This document shows positions 9,796-19,281 of a stretch of DNA of 39,015 nt, piece after piece. The DNA comes from a virus (lineage: Duplodnaviria; Heunggongvirae; Uroviricota; Caudoviricetes). The number at the start of each line of letters is the position of its first letter. Positions within the stretch are counted from its first letter, which is position 1. A program made the translations under genes and the position numbers. Location of the stretch: IMG/VR virus record IMGVR_UViG_2740892269_000012, one strand, 5' to 3'. The notes beneath the pieces are model-generated. The model was not told where the DNA came from and did no database searches. It was given only the letters and a program-made list of their open reading frames with translations.

Positions 9796-10542
9796 ATGAA
9801 AAATATTGCGACAGGCGACGTTCTTGAACGTATCCGCAGACTGGCCCCGTCACATGTAACCGCGCCATTCAAGACGGTAGCGGAGTGGCGCGAGTGGCAA
9901 CTTTCCGAAGGCCAGAAACGTTGTGAGGAGATCAACCGTCAGAATCGTCAGTTGCGGGTGGAAAAAATTCTGAATCGCTCTGGCATCCAGCCATTGCACC
10001 GCAAATGCTCGTTTTCGAATTACCAGGTGCAGAACGAAGCGCAGCGATACGCGTTGAGTCAGGCGAAATCCATCGCTGATGAACTGATGACCGGGTGTAC
10101 AAATTTTGCGTTCAGCGGAAAACCTGGTACCGGGAAGAACCACTTAGCGGCAGCTATCGGGAATCGCCTGCTGAAAGACGGTCAGACAGTGATTGTGGTT
10201 ACCGTGGCTGATGTTATGAGTGCCCTGCACGCCAGCTATGACGATGGGCAGTCAGGCGAAAAATTTTTGCGGGAACTATGCGAAGTGGATCTGCTGGTTC
10301 TTGATGAAATTGGCATTCAGCGCGAGACGAAAAACGAGCAGGTGGTGCTGCACCAGATTGTTGATCGCCGGACAGCGTCGATGCGCAGCGTGGGGATGCT
10401 GACAAACCTGAACTATGAGGCCATGAAAACATTGCTCGGCGAGCGGATTATGGATCGCATGACCATGAACGGCGGGCGATGGGTGAATTTTAACTGGGAG
10501 AGCTGGCGTCCGAATGTCGTCCAGCCAGGAATTGAGAAGTAA
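9796..10542 (+). CDS. ydaV: DnaC/IstB-like AAA+ helicase loader, 248 aa
   Basis: Walker [16 protein letters not shown] and Walker [10 protein letters not shown] motifs; 248 aa as in Rac YdaV. Confidence 0.9.
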   Translation: MKNIATGDVLERIRRLAPSHVTAPFKTVAEWREWQLSEGQKRCEEINRQNRQLRVEKILNRSGIQPLHRKCSFSNYQVQNEAQRYALSQAKSIADELMTGCTNFAFSGKPGTGKNHLAAAIGNRLLKDGQTVIVVTVADVMSALHASYDDGQSGEKFLRELCEVDLLVLDEIGIQRETKNEQVVLHQIVDRRTASMRSVGMLTNLNYEAMKTLLGERIMDRMTMNGGRWVNFNWESWRPNVVQPGIEK

Positions 10543-10564
10543 TTTTTACCGGGAGGAAATTTTT

Positions 10565-11326
10565 ATGGAGACTGTTTTTGACGCACTGAAAGCAATGGGA
10601 AAAGCCACATCCATAGAACTTGCTGCGCGACTTGATATCAGTCGTGAAGAAGTGCTGAACGAACTATGGGAACTGAAAAAAGCTGGTTTCGTTGATAAAA
10701 GCGCGTACACCTGGCGTGTGGCTGATAACAACGTTCAGCAGGAACAGCCAATGCAGGCAGAACTGCCGGAAGAAACCACCACGGCAACTGTAGTGAAAAT
10801 CTCAGAGTGCGATTTAACCGCGACGATTGAACAACGCGGACCACAAACGGCGGATGAACTGGCTACGCTGTTCGGTACAACATCCCGCAAAGTTGCTTCA
10901 ACGCTGGCAATGGCAATCAGCAAAGGACGCCTGATTCGCGTAAACCAGAACAGTAAATTTCGTTACTGCATGCCGGGCGATAATTTACCAGCAGAGCCGA
11001 AAGCTGCATCGGTAGCGGAAACTGATGGTAAAGCCTTTCCTCAGCCAGCCGGTGTTGCGTTACCAGTACAGGAAGCGGCAACACAGGAAGATATTAAAAC
11101 AGAAACTGTGGCGGACATTGTGCAGTCGCTGCCATCGTTTACTGAAACGCAAGCGGATGACCTAGTTTTACCATCGCTGCATATGGCAAACCGCGAACTG
11201 CGTCGGGCGAAAAATCATGTCCAGAAGTGGGAGCGAGTCTGCGCCGCGCTGCGGGAGCTGAACAAGCACCGGGATATTGTCCGACAGATTGTCGATTCCT
11301 CCAGTCGTATTGTGTCGGAAAAGTGA
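10565..11326 (+). CDS. DUF1627-like phage protein, full-length counterpart of the K-12 ydaW remnant
   Basis: ATG at 10565 ([43 protein letters not shown]...) with N-terminal winged-helix-like segment; ORF 10514..11326. Confidence 0.65.
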   Translation: METVFDALKAMGKATSIELAARLDISREEVLNELWELKKAGFVDKSAYTWRVADNNVQQEQPMQAELPEETTTATVVKISECDLTATIEQRGPQTADELATLFGTTSRKVASTLAMAISKGRLIRVNQNSKFRYCMPGDNLPAEPKAASVAETDGKAFPQPAGVALPVQEAATQEDIKTETVADIVQSLPSFTETQADDLVLPSLHMANRELRRAKNHVQKWERVCAALRELNKHRDIVRQIVDSSSRIVSEK

Positions 11327-11341
11327 TTGCCGGAGGCGCTT

Positions 11342-11758
11342 ATGGCAAAAGTTTTTACACAGGAAGAGCGTGAAAAAATTAAGGAGCAGGTTGTTGAGTT
11401 GGTACGCCAGAGTGGGCGCGAGACGTTAAGGCAACTGGAGGCCAAGACAGGTGCGACAAGATATCTGATGAGCATTCTTGCCAGAGAGTTGGTTGCCAGT
11501 GGCGATGTATACAACTCTGGCTATGGGTTATTCCCGTCTGAACAGGCTCGTAAGGATTGGAAAAACGCCCGCAAAAAACTATCCAGGGCAAAGGTGAAAA
11601 AAACGGTTGTGGTTGATCCTGACCTTATCTGGTCATTACCAGACGGAGAAATACGCCGCTATGACAGGCGTCAGAACATAATCTGTCGCGAGTGCCGGAA
11701 GAGTGAAGTTATGAAACGTGTACTGGCATTTTATCAAGGAAATCTTCGGTATTTATAG
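11342..11758 (+). CDS. Hypothetical phage protein, 138 aa
   Basis: ATG at 11342 with GGAGG SD; contains a CxxC pair (CRECRK); no family recognised. Confidence 0.55.
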   Translation: MAKVFTQEEREKIKEQVVELVRQSGRETLRQLEAKTGATRYLMSILARELVASGDVYNSGYGLFPSEQARKDWKNARKKLSRAKVKKTVVVDPDLIWSLPDGEIRRYDRRQNIICRECRKSEVMKRVLAFYQGNLRYL

Positions 11759-11896
11759 ACGTTACTAGATCAAAGAGCATTAGTTCATATGTAAATTGAC
11801 ATTTTTCTGGCACAGGGGAGAGCTAGCGTGGTTGTCCGCTTTGTGCCAATAGCGGACATTGCTGGCTCATGGTATGTTAGTTTAAGGAGGCAGGTT

Positions 11897-12919
11897 ATGC
11901 CCTGTATTTCGCTGTGGTATAATAGTTGCGCAATTGATACAAGGGAGCGTTACATCGTGAAAATTGTTTTCGAGGTTAATGGAAAGAAAGTTCCACTAAA
12001 ATCTTTAAAATACATAAGCAAAAAAGATCAACTCGAAGTAATGAAAAACTGGTTCTTTGAAAACTTTGAAGATCCGGCAAATGCTTGTCCGTATGAAAGT
12101 AGAGAAGGTGGCTATGCTTACATATATGGCGGGCCGTATGATGCGAGCGAAGAACTACAATCCATCTTCGGTCAATATGTTAAATCTGAGTATATTGAGG
12201 AATTAGTAGATGAATTACAAACACAATGTTTTGACTGGTCTGGAAACTCAAATAATATAGATGATTGGTACGATGATGATATCTACGACGCTGTAACGTC
12301 TTCCGGTAATCCGTATTTAAAATTCATTGATAATATCGATAAAATAAAAAAACTTGCAAAAGATAAAACTGAACAACAGCAAAAAAACCACTTGCTTAGT
12401 TTGCTCTACACGAATGTTATTACAGCTTTGGAAACGCTTTATGTTGAGCTATTCATTAATTCTATAGAGAAAGATGATGTCTACATAGCCAATTGTATAG
12501 AAAAAGGTAAGACTGAATTTAAAGTAAGCAAAGATATTGCTGCGTTGCCTTTCAAGGGTGAACCCATCGAGAAAATTAGGGGAGAGCTAATCAGGTCAAT
12601 CAAGGAACACTTGATCAGTGCAAGCTGGCATAGCACTAAAAAGGTAATCGACCGCTATGAAGCTACATTCGATATAAAAGTACAAAAAGACTGTCCGATA
12701 GAAGCTATTGAATTGGCAACCCTCAATCGAAATCACTTAGTGCATCGTGGTGGAAAGGATAAAGAAGGGAACCTCGTAGTGATTACAGACCAGGATCTTG
12801 AAACGCTGATTGAAAATGCATCGAACCTGGCAATTATGCTCTACAACAGTTTAAATGTAGCAACGAATAAAACCACCATTTTGCAACCAGATGACAAACC
12901 GTTCATTCATGAATTTTAA
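11897..12919 (+). CDS. Unknown protein A of an AT-rich two-gene accessory cassette, 340 aa; candidate HEPN-like R-x4-H motif (RNHLVH)
   Basis: ATG at 11897 preceded by AAGGAGG at ideal spacing; strongly AT-rich relative to flanks; Asn/Lys/Ile/Glu/Asp-rich; no family recognised by eye. Confidence 0.7.
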   Translation: MPCISLWYNSCAIDTRERYIVKIVFEVNGKKVPLKSLKYISKKDQLEVMKNWFFENFEDPANACPYESREGGYAYIYGGPYDASEELQSIFGQYVKSEYIEELVDELQTQCFDWSGNSNNIDDWYDDDIYDAVTSSGNPYLKFIDNIDKIKKLAKDKTEQQQKNHLLSLLYTNVITALETLYVELFINSIEKDDVYIANCIEKGKTEFKVSKDIAALPFKGEPIEKIRGELIRSIKEHLISASWHSTKKVIDRYEATFDIKVQKDCPIEAIELATLNRNHLVHRGGKDKEGNLVVITDQDLETLIENASNLAIMLYNSLNVATNKTTILQPDDKPFIHEF

Positions 12920-12934
12920 TAGCGCAGGTCATAC

Positions 12935-13936
12935 ATGGATATTCGCACACGAAAGACAAAATTTTTAGAGTCGTTAGATTCAACTGAAGTGATACGCAAA
13001 GCAGTAAGTCTCGCTATAGATTGCATTATTGATAATCATAATAGTAATGAAGATACCCCCTTAGTTATTACCAGCTATGATGATCTCTGTAGAATCCAGG
13101 TGCTAAATTATGTACAGGAGTTTTGCGAAGCTGCATTCCCTGATATGGATGAATATTACTTTAGTCCTAACATACTTCGCATCAACGGCAAGACTAGTGA
13201 AGAAGCTTGTATTAACTTAATTAAACTCTTAAGAAGTACAAAAGGCATGCTATTCTGGTCCGATGCCCCATCGTGGTTCGCTAGCCTCCCCGACGGATTA
13301 TTCCATGTTGTTAACATTGATCAAAAAATCGTTACTCGCGGCCTTAATAAGAAAAACTCTAAGCCGACAATAATCAATAAAGATTACAGTGTAGATACAC
13401 TACTATCAGAGCTATTTTTGAATGGCGCACACATGGAGCAACCCAACGTACACAACGTTTCTGAGGGAAACATGAAGTTCTATGATGAATGCCATGCTGG
13501 ATTAATCAGACCAATACCCGCTCCAATAGGCGCGTCATACGATGAAGAGATCACAATTAATTCTCCAGATTGGCAAAAGCTCGCGTGTGTAGCTTTACGC
13601 CGCTATCAGTCGAAGGAATGTCATGACGGAATGCAATGGGATACAACCGATCATGGTTGGACTGATGTAATCGCGTATCCATTCGTCGAAGAAATACAAT
13701 CAATGGATAATAGTGGTTATCGACAATGTTTAGTTGGGCTGGTCACAATAAACAATTCAAATGCAAATTCTCCGTACCTATCTACCGTTTGGATACATCC
13801 ATTTTATCGCAGGAGAGGGTTATTAAGTAAGTTATGGCCAAAATTACAAGAGTTATATGGAAGTAACTTCGAAATTGAGCGACCTAATGAAAATATGAAA
13901 GCATTTCTGAAAAGTGCGAAACACGCAGATTACTAA
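12935..13936 (+). CDS. Unknown protein B of the same cassette, 333 aa; C-terminal GNAT-like acetyltransferase motif
   Basis: Starts 15 bp after protein A on the same strand; C-terminal segment CLVGLVTIN...YLSTVWIHPFYRRRGLLSKLW resembles GNAT motif A (beta strand, then R-x-x-G-x-G/A-like). Confidence 0.72.
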   Translation: MDIRTRKTKFLESLDSTEVIRKAVSLAIDCIIDNHNSNEDTPLVITSYDDLCRIQVLNYVQEFCEAAFPDMDEYYFSPNILRINGKTSEEACINLIKLLRSTKGMLFWSDAPSWFASLPDGLFHVVNIDQKIVTRGLNKKNSKPTIINKDYSVDTLLSELFLNGAHMEQPNVHNVSEGNMKFYDECHAGLIRPIPAPIGASYDEEITINSPDWQKLACVALRRYQSKECHDGMQWDTTDHGWTDVIAYPFVEEIQSMDNSGYRQCLVGLVTINNSNANSPYLSTVWIHPFYRRRGLLSKLWPKLQELYGSNFEIERPNENMKAFLKSAKHADY

Positions 13937-14488
13937 TTTATGAATCAGTCTGTGGAGTTAGGGTTGGTGTGAACAAGTAGGGTAAGAGCCTCAACGTGAT
14001 GCTATGCCGACCTGCTCCCTGAGAATTCACACAGAAGGCTGCTAGCAATGTCTGCAGATCGCTCAAAGCGGACTAAAATGTTGGCTTGTTTCTGACTTAG
14101 AGCATTTAAGGAAGTGCTGGTGGTGACTGGTTGTTGTGTTCCATTTCTACAGAATAAAATCACAGAAACTATACCCAATAGTTGTATTGAATCACTGACG
14201 AGACAGCCTCATATTTATCAGGACTGGTGTGCGTCTAATACAGGGGGTTGTCGTGCTGGTTCTCAAATGTGCGCTGGCTATTGCGGCTGTAATGGCAATT
14301 TATTGTCTTGCTGTTGTTCTTATGGAGCGGCTTTCTGATTGATTACATACTGGCTAGAAAAAAGGTGTTACCTTGGTTTATCTTTGTCCGGCAAGGTGCG
14401 CTCATTAATCTTAAGTAAATTTATTGCTCAAGTATTCAGATTACTTCTTATGGTTGAAGTCTCCTGTCAATGTAGAACCAATATATTT

Positions 14489-14528
14489 ACAAAAATGAGA
14501 CCCGTCGGGGATAGCCCTGCCGGGTCTG
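14489..14528 (-). terminator. Putative rho-independent terminator for the minus-strand gene 14557..14895
   Basis: Minus-strand stem AGACCCG/CGGGTCT (complement of 14498-14527) followed by CATTTTTGT. Confidence 0.4.
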
Positions 14529-14556
14529 ACTGTTAAAGCATTTTTAATATGATCAT

Positions 14557-14895
14557 CTATTTTTTGGTGCTATAGACTTTTTCGCCCGAAAAGTCTGGAG
14601 CGACCCAAAAGTTAATATTAAACTGAGCATCATCGCTTAGTTCAACACGGTGCCAGTATTGTGGTGGGCTTGTTGCAAAAGCGCCAGCATTAATGACTAC
14701 TTTTATCTCCGGTTCAGTAGCATTCTCATCAGTAAAACCATAATATGTTACAGTGCCTTCCATTACGCACAACTGCCCAAAAACACCTGCTGCTGTATTA
14801 TGATGTGTTAATAACGCTGAAGGTACGTTCTCTTTTGTGAAGAACGGAGTTGAGCGTTTGATTACCCAATCTTTAGGAATTCTCTTGTGTGTCAT
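14557..14895 (-). CDS. Small cupin-like hypothetical protein (possibly DUF1971 / tellurite-resistance-related family), 112 aa
   Basis: ATG at 14895 (MTHKRIPKDWVIKRSTPFFTKENVP...) preceded by GGAGGAGGTGG SD; family assignment is from memory and uncertain. Confidence 0.68.
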   Translation of the reverse strand: MTHKRIPKDWVIKRSTPFFTKENVPSALLTHHNTAAGVFGQLCVMEGTVTYYGFTDENATEPEIKVVINAGAFATSPPQYWHRVELSDDAQFNINFWVAPDFSGEKVYSTKK

Positions 14896-14904
14896 AACCA
14901 CCTC

Positions 14905-14939
14905 CTCCAAAACATGCATTAAAAATGCATCTTTTGGAG
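14905..14939. promoter_or_regulatory. Near-perfect 15-bp inverted repeat (CTCCAAAACATGCAT / ATGCATCTTTTGGAG, 5-bp spacer) abutting the SD of the 14557..14895 gene
   Basis: Read directly; 14/15 complementary; in the mRNA the 3' arm GTTTTGGAG runs into the GGAGGAGG SD, so it could be an operator or a translation-control hairpin. Confidence 0.35.
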
Positions 14940-15708
14940 GGTTATGTCAAGCTGTTATGAAACACATAATTGATATGTTGATTAGAGGAGAAGATAGAAT
15001 AAATATGGTTGTTTTTCGTATAACTATTTGTTTTACTTTTAGTTTATGCATTCTGTGTGTTAGGAATAAGTTATTAAAGTTTAATCAAAAAATCTCGATG
15101 TAGTCCACATAGATTACTGTTACTGAACCTTATTGTGTGTATTAGTTGTGTTCTGAAATTTCAGCTTAATTATTTATGATGTATTTTTTAACGATAAATA
15201 TTTTCCCAGGATACCTTTACTGTGTATATAAATAAATTATATACGCATAAATAATGTAAAGGCGTCCTTTTAGATATATCTTATCAAATGTTAATGACTT
15301 GAGTGGGAAATATGATTCCAGCAACTTATCATGTGGCTACTTTATAAAAATAATGCCCATATAAAACAACAAGCGAAAAGGATTACGGATAAAAAAGGAG
15401 CGAGATGTGCGAACTTGTTATTTTCCATGTTTAACCACCTTAAATAATTGATGATGACGGGATGATTGCATCTGTAATGCTTTTATTGAAATGTTATGAT
15501 AAAAAAGAACTTTTGCATAACATTAAAATGTAATTTATCTAATCGTTTTTAATAATAAGTGTCGTATTTCTATCCTTGTACCAGCTATTTGATATGTAGT
15601 GTTTGTTCATGCTATGTGGGGCTTTACACCATAGCCAGTTTATTTATACTTTATTCGTCAGCCTGAACAACTGGCATCTGCTGCGCTGCGCCATCGAGAG
15701 ATTGAGAA

Positions 15709-16308
15709 ATGGCGCATATACAACTGGTCAAACAAACCTCTTCTGGTTTACTTCTCCCGGCGACGCCGGAGAGTTGCGATTTTCTGCATCAAATCAAAAT
15801 AGGTGAGTGGATACACGCAGACTTTAAGCGTGTGCGTAACTACGCATTCCACAAGCGTTTTTTCAAACTCCTGCAACTGGGATTCGATTACTGGACTCCG
15901 GTCGGTGGGGCGATCACGCCTCGCGAACGAGAACTGCTGTCTGGTTTCGTTGATTACCTGTGCGAATCAGTTGGTCGGGAACACACGCCAGCCCTGAGTG
16001 ATGCCGCAGAGCAATACCTTAACACCGTTGCGACTCGTAGAACCCGGGATACGGCGTTGCTAAAGTCGTTTGAGGCTTTCCGCGAGTGGGTAACCATTCA
16101 GGCCGGATTTTACACCGAGCATATTTATCCGGACGGTAGCCGTGGGCGTCGGGCAAAATCCATCGCTTTTGCGAATATGGACGAAGTCGAGTTTCAGCAG
16201 GTTTATAAATCTGTACTGAATGTGCTGTGGAACTGGATTCTGTTCCGTAAATTCTCCTCTCAGGAGGAAGTTGAAAATGTGGCCGCACAACTACTGGAGT
16301 TTGCGTAA
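15709..16308 (+). CDS. DUF1367 family phage protein (nin-region type), 199 aa
   Basis: Sequence character and position upstream of YbcO-like and Q genes; stop overlaps next start (TAATG). Confidence 0.75.
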   Translation: MAHIQLVKQTSSGLLLPATPESCDFLHQIKIGEWIHADFKRVRNYAFHKRFFKLLQLGFDYWTPVGGAITPRERELLSGFVDYLCESVGREHTPALSDAAEQYLNTVATRRTRDTALLKSFEAFREWVTIQAGFYTEHIYPDGSRGRRAKSIAFANMDEVEFQQVYKSVLNVLWNWILFRKFSSQEEVENVAAQLLEFA

Positions 16309-16598
16309 TGGTGAATTTACGTAAAGCGGCTAAAGGCCAGATGTGCCAGATCAGAATCCCTGGCTACTGCAATCACAATCCCGAAACCTCTGTGCTGGCG
16401 CATTACAGGCTGGCGGGGACGTGCGGAACAGCGACAAAACCACATGATATGCAGGCGGCGATAGCCTGTAGCTCATGCCACGATCTAATCGACGGGCGGG
16501 TAAAAACCAGCGATTACACCAAAGAAGAATTGCGCCTGATGCATGCTGAAGGGGTTTTTCGCACACAAGAAATCTGGAGAAAGAAAGGTCATTTATGA
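16308..16598 (+). CDS. YbcO-like (DUF1364) zinc-binding putative nuclease, 96 aa
   Basis: MVNLRKAAKGQMCQIRIPGYCNHNPETSVLAHYRLAG..CSSCHD resembles DLP12 YbcO as I recall it (Cys pattern and length). Confidence 0.78.
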   Translation: MVNLRKAAKGQMCQIRIPGYCNHNPETSVLAHYRLAGTCGTATKPHDMQAAIACSSCHDLIDGRVKTSDYTKEELRLMHAEGVFRTQEIWRKKGHL

Positions 16599-17137
16599 TT
16601 TACCCAACGAATACAGGAAAAAGCGGAGAACACCTTCGCCTCACCACGCTGGAAAGTGTCTGGATTCAGGGAAAACTACGTATGTGGGGGCGCTGGTCGT
16701 ATATTGGCGGTGGCAGGTCAGGGAATATGTTCAATCAGTTGTTGGCATCCAAAAAACTGACGAAAACAGCCATTAATGAAGCCCTGCGCAGAATGAAAAA
16801 AGCGGGAATAGAGAAAGCTGAGCTGGAAGCGTTTTTGCGAGAGATGATCAACGGCAAGCAAAAGAGCTGGCTGGCGCATTGTACTGATGCAGAGGCGTTA
16901 TGTATTGATCGAGTCATAAGTGAGGTGCTGGCAGAGCATCCAGGATTGATTTGCATTCTCCGGCAACGCTATGAAGGGCGGGGGATGACTAAGCGCAAAA
17001 TGGCTGAATTGCTAAATGATGCACACCCAGAGTGGTGTTTTAGCACATGCGAAAAACGGATTGCTAATTGGTTAGCTGTTGCTGAGTATGCCCTATATAT
17101 TCCCATGCGTGAATCATTTGCTGAGAAAATGGCTTGA
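16595..17137 (+). CDS. Putative late-gene antiterminator Q, 180 aa
   Basis: Position (last nin-region gene, followed by a short untranslated region and strong terminator, then lysis genes); family assigned mainly from context. Confidence 0.55.
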   Translation: MIYPTNTGKSGEHLRLTTLESVWIQGKLRMWGRWSYIGGGRSGNMFNQLLASKKLTKTAINEALRRMKKAGIEKAELEAFLREMINGKQKSWLAHCTDAEALCIDRVISEVLAEHPGLICILRQRYEGRGMTKRKMAELLNDAHPEWCFSTCEKRIANWLAVAEYALYIPMRESFAEKMA

Positions 17138-17214
17138 TTTCTTACGTATAAACTGCTTCAATTTTGCTATGCTTCGCAAAGCTGTATCGCGAGGCGGATT
17201 GCAGACATGGACAT

Positions 17215-17245
17215 CGTAAAAAAACCGCTTAATGCGGTTTTTTTA
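17215..17245 (+). terminator. Rho-independent terminator, tR'-like, about 90 bp downstream of Q
   Basis: Stem AACCGC / GCGGTT with 5-nt loop (17222-17238) followed by a T7 run. Confidence 0.6.
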
Positions 17246-17562
17246 CGTCAGGAAAGCAGGGGAGAATGCTGCTAGTTGGGCAACTGGTCTTTCTGCTCCA
17301 AATTATAACAGAGACCAGTTATAGTTTCGGTGCTGTGTTTTTTTTACAATATTGTGATAACACATTGCTGGCGGGAGTTTTGATATTTCTTGGCAGGGGC
17401 TGATGATGCGTTATCCTGATGTCGTCAACTCATATAAAATGAGATGAGAGATCATTGCAGGGTGGTTTGTAATTCGCTGTTTAGCGGGACAATATGTTGT
17501 CTGATACAAGACACCCGACGCCTCAGATTACTATAATAAAGACGAAGCATCCTTTGTATTGA

Positions 17563-17592
17563 CCAACCGCCTGTTTAGGCGGTTCTTTTTGG
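17563..17592 (+). terminator. Second putative rho-independent terminator in the Q-to-lysis spacer
   Basis: Stem AACCGCC / GGCGGTT, loop TGTTTA, then CTTTTTGGG. Confidence 0.4.
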
Positions 17593-18122
17593 GCTGGTTT
17601 ATTGTATGCCAAATGATTATTAAAAAGGTTGTGTTAATAACAAGATCCGAAATAATATGCCTGCATATTTTTATCTTGCTTATATTCTGCATATTGTGCA
17701 TAGCAGGCTCATCCCTGCAATCAAAACTGTATGATGAGTATTTTTTGTTTTCCTTTTTTCCAGTCATCTGATGATGACCTGCTTCTTTTTAATCCGGATC
17801 GACATCAGTTTTTTAAGATAATTCCTGCGAGTTATATGCATAAATGCCACAAACTCCGCATTTTATGTGGTTGGGAGTTGCCGGGCGCGCAGTGAGTTTG
17901 CTAAGAAAACTCCTGCATGGTGAATCCCCCTGTGCGGTGGGGTGATACCATTAACCTTTTCTGTCGCCGACAGGTATCACGAACATTTTGTTCACCGGGA
18001 GGCACCCGGCACCATGCACTTCAATAGATTCTCTCCACATTATGGATATTCTTTCAGAATATCCCACGCAGACTTTGTGTAAATGTTAACAAATGTGCGT
18101 TTTATTTGATCTGATTCGCTGT

Positions 18123-18152
18123 TTGAGCGTCCAAAACAACGGTATATATAAT
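18123..18152 (+). promoter_or_regulatory. Putative sigma70 promoter for the TolA-like lipoprotein genes
   Basis: TTGAGC (-35, 18123-18128), 18-bp spacer, TATAAT (-10, 18147-18152), about 30 bp upstream of the ATG at 18182. Confidence 0.4.
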
Positions 18153-18181
18153 CCTTTACTATATGACATATGTGAGGAAAA

Positions 18182-18610
18182 ATGGGTTTTCGTAGCGCAT
18201 CAATTCTTACGTTGATTATTAGTGGGATTATTATCGGGTGCACTGATGCTGTATCGACAAATTATCATGACCGTACATCATATTACTCCGATAAAGCAAT
18301 AGAGACACAGTATGTGAGTTCATCTGAACGTACTTCTGATGTTAGTGAGGATATCCGTCTGTATGCCCATCAAATCAAGAGCGCCATCGAAAAACAGTTC
18401 GGGGATGCGAGTAAGTATTCAGGAAAAGAGTGTACACTGAGAATGCATATGGCCCCGAATGGCCTTCTACTGGAGGTTAAAAGAGAAAGTGGAGACCTCG
18501 ATTTATGTCGTGAAGCGATGAATGCGATAAAGAATGCTGATATACCTGCCCCCCCTTCGCCGGAAGTATATAAAGTATTTCAAAATGGGGTGCTGGATTT
18601 TAAACCCTGA
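18182..18610 (+). CDS. Lipoprotein with C-terminal TolA domain III-like region, 142 aa
   Basis: Signal peptide with lipobox IIGC; C-terminal 85 aa (YAHQIKSAIEKQFGDASKYSGKECTLRMHMAPNGLLLEVKRESGDLDLCREAMNAIKNADIPAPPSPEVYKVFQNGVLDFKP) aligns closely with the E. coli TolA C-terminus as I recall it (...YAGQIKSAIESKFYDASSYAGKTCTLRIKLAPDGMLLDIKPEGGDPALCQAALAAAKLAKIPKPPSQAVYEVFKNAPLDFKP); GAGGAAAA SD. Confidence 0.8.
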   Translation: MGFRSASILTLIISGIIIGCTDAVSTNYHDRTSYYSDKAIETQYVSSSERTSDVSEDIRLYAHQIKSAIEKQFGDASKYSGKECTLRMHMAPNGLLLEVKRESGDLDLCREAMNAIKNADIPAPPSPEVYKVFQNGVLDFKP

Positions 18611-18760
18611 TATTTATTGTTTTGTAATAAACGGTTTCGGCTTAGGTTTGTTCTGACACAGCTACGGCACTGAGCTAAATTTAGCGGATAGTCAGCTCTG
18701 AGCCAGTGGCGGACGTAACAACTACTATTGCTGAGATTTTAATGGATTGAGGAGCAAGAA

Positions 18761-19156
18761 GTGGGATTAAAGAAAATCGTTATGTTGACTTTTTGGGTCG
18801 GTTTTGTTGCGGGATGCACACCTTTACACCCTTCAGATTGCCACAAAACTACTGCTACAGGTAGTTGCAGTTCAGGACGCTGGGATGATCAGGATGAATG
18901 GGGGGCGCAAGCGCGGGGAATCAGAGCTGCAATTAATGCCAAACTTGATGAGCCGCATAACTGGAAAGGGAAAAAATGCAGGTTGCATATGGAATTCTCT
19001 CAGGATGGCACGGCGTTAAAAATATCTACCAGTAACGGTGATAAAGCCTATTGCGAAGCGATAAAGTCCGCAGCTCATAAAGCCAAATTTCCGGCCTTCA
19101 ACAATCCGGAAGTCTACAGAGATTTTCAGAAATCTGGCTTTGACATGCGAGGTTAG
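18761..19156 (+). CDS. Second, more divergent TolA domain III-like lipoprotein, 131 aa (GTG start)
   Basis: Signal peptide with lipobox VAGC; C-terminal ...GKKCRLHMEFSQDGTALKISTSNGDKAYCEAIKSAAHKAKFPAFNNPEVYRDFQKSGFDMRG keeps the TolA-III Cys pair and PxVY/F motif; GAGGAG SD. Confidence 0.72.
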   Translation: MGLKKIVMLTFWVGFVAGCTPLHPSDCHKTTATGSCSSGRWDDQDEWGAQARGIRAAINAKLDEPHNWKGKKCRLHMEFSQDGTALKISTSNGDKAYCEAIKSAAHKAKFPAFNNPEVYRDFQKSGFDMRG

Positions 19157-19281
19157 CTCTTCAATTACTATATCTCATTCATAGCAAACTGACAGATTTG
19201 ATGATGTTCTATATACGAAACCTGTGATGTCAAGTCTGAGCTAATACAAATAAACATAATATCAGAGAAATACATTTTATT

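Noticed and set aside
9360-9935. 191-aa minus-strand ORF overlapping ydaU and ydaV
   Set aside because: Entirely antisense to two well-supported replication genes; no SD; Ser/Arg-rich composition typical of antisense frames.
11796-11824. TTGACA -35 hexamer upstream of the two-gene cassette as its promoter
   Set aside because: No acceptable -10 hexamer at 16-18 bp spacing (AGAGCT/GAGCTA), so a promoter cannot be called from sequence alone.
14339-14536. 65-aa plus-strand ORF
   Set aside because: Overlaps the predicted minus-strand terminator hairpin and has no RBS; probably non-coding.
17250-18180. tRNA genes or a toxin gene between Q and the lysis cassette, as in Stx phages
   Set aside because: No tRNA-like T-arm (GTTCGAATCC-type) or cloverleaf-sized element found by eye; the two overlapping ORFs at 17531-17771 are AT-rich, hydrophobic low-complexity translations without RBS. 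This is an unaided visual scan, so a tRNA-scanning tool should confirm.
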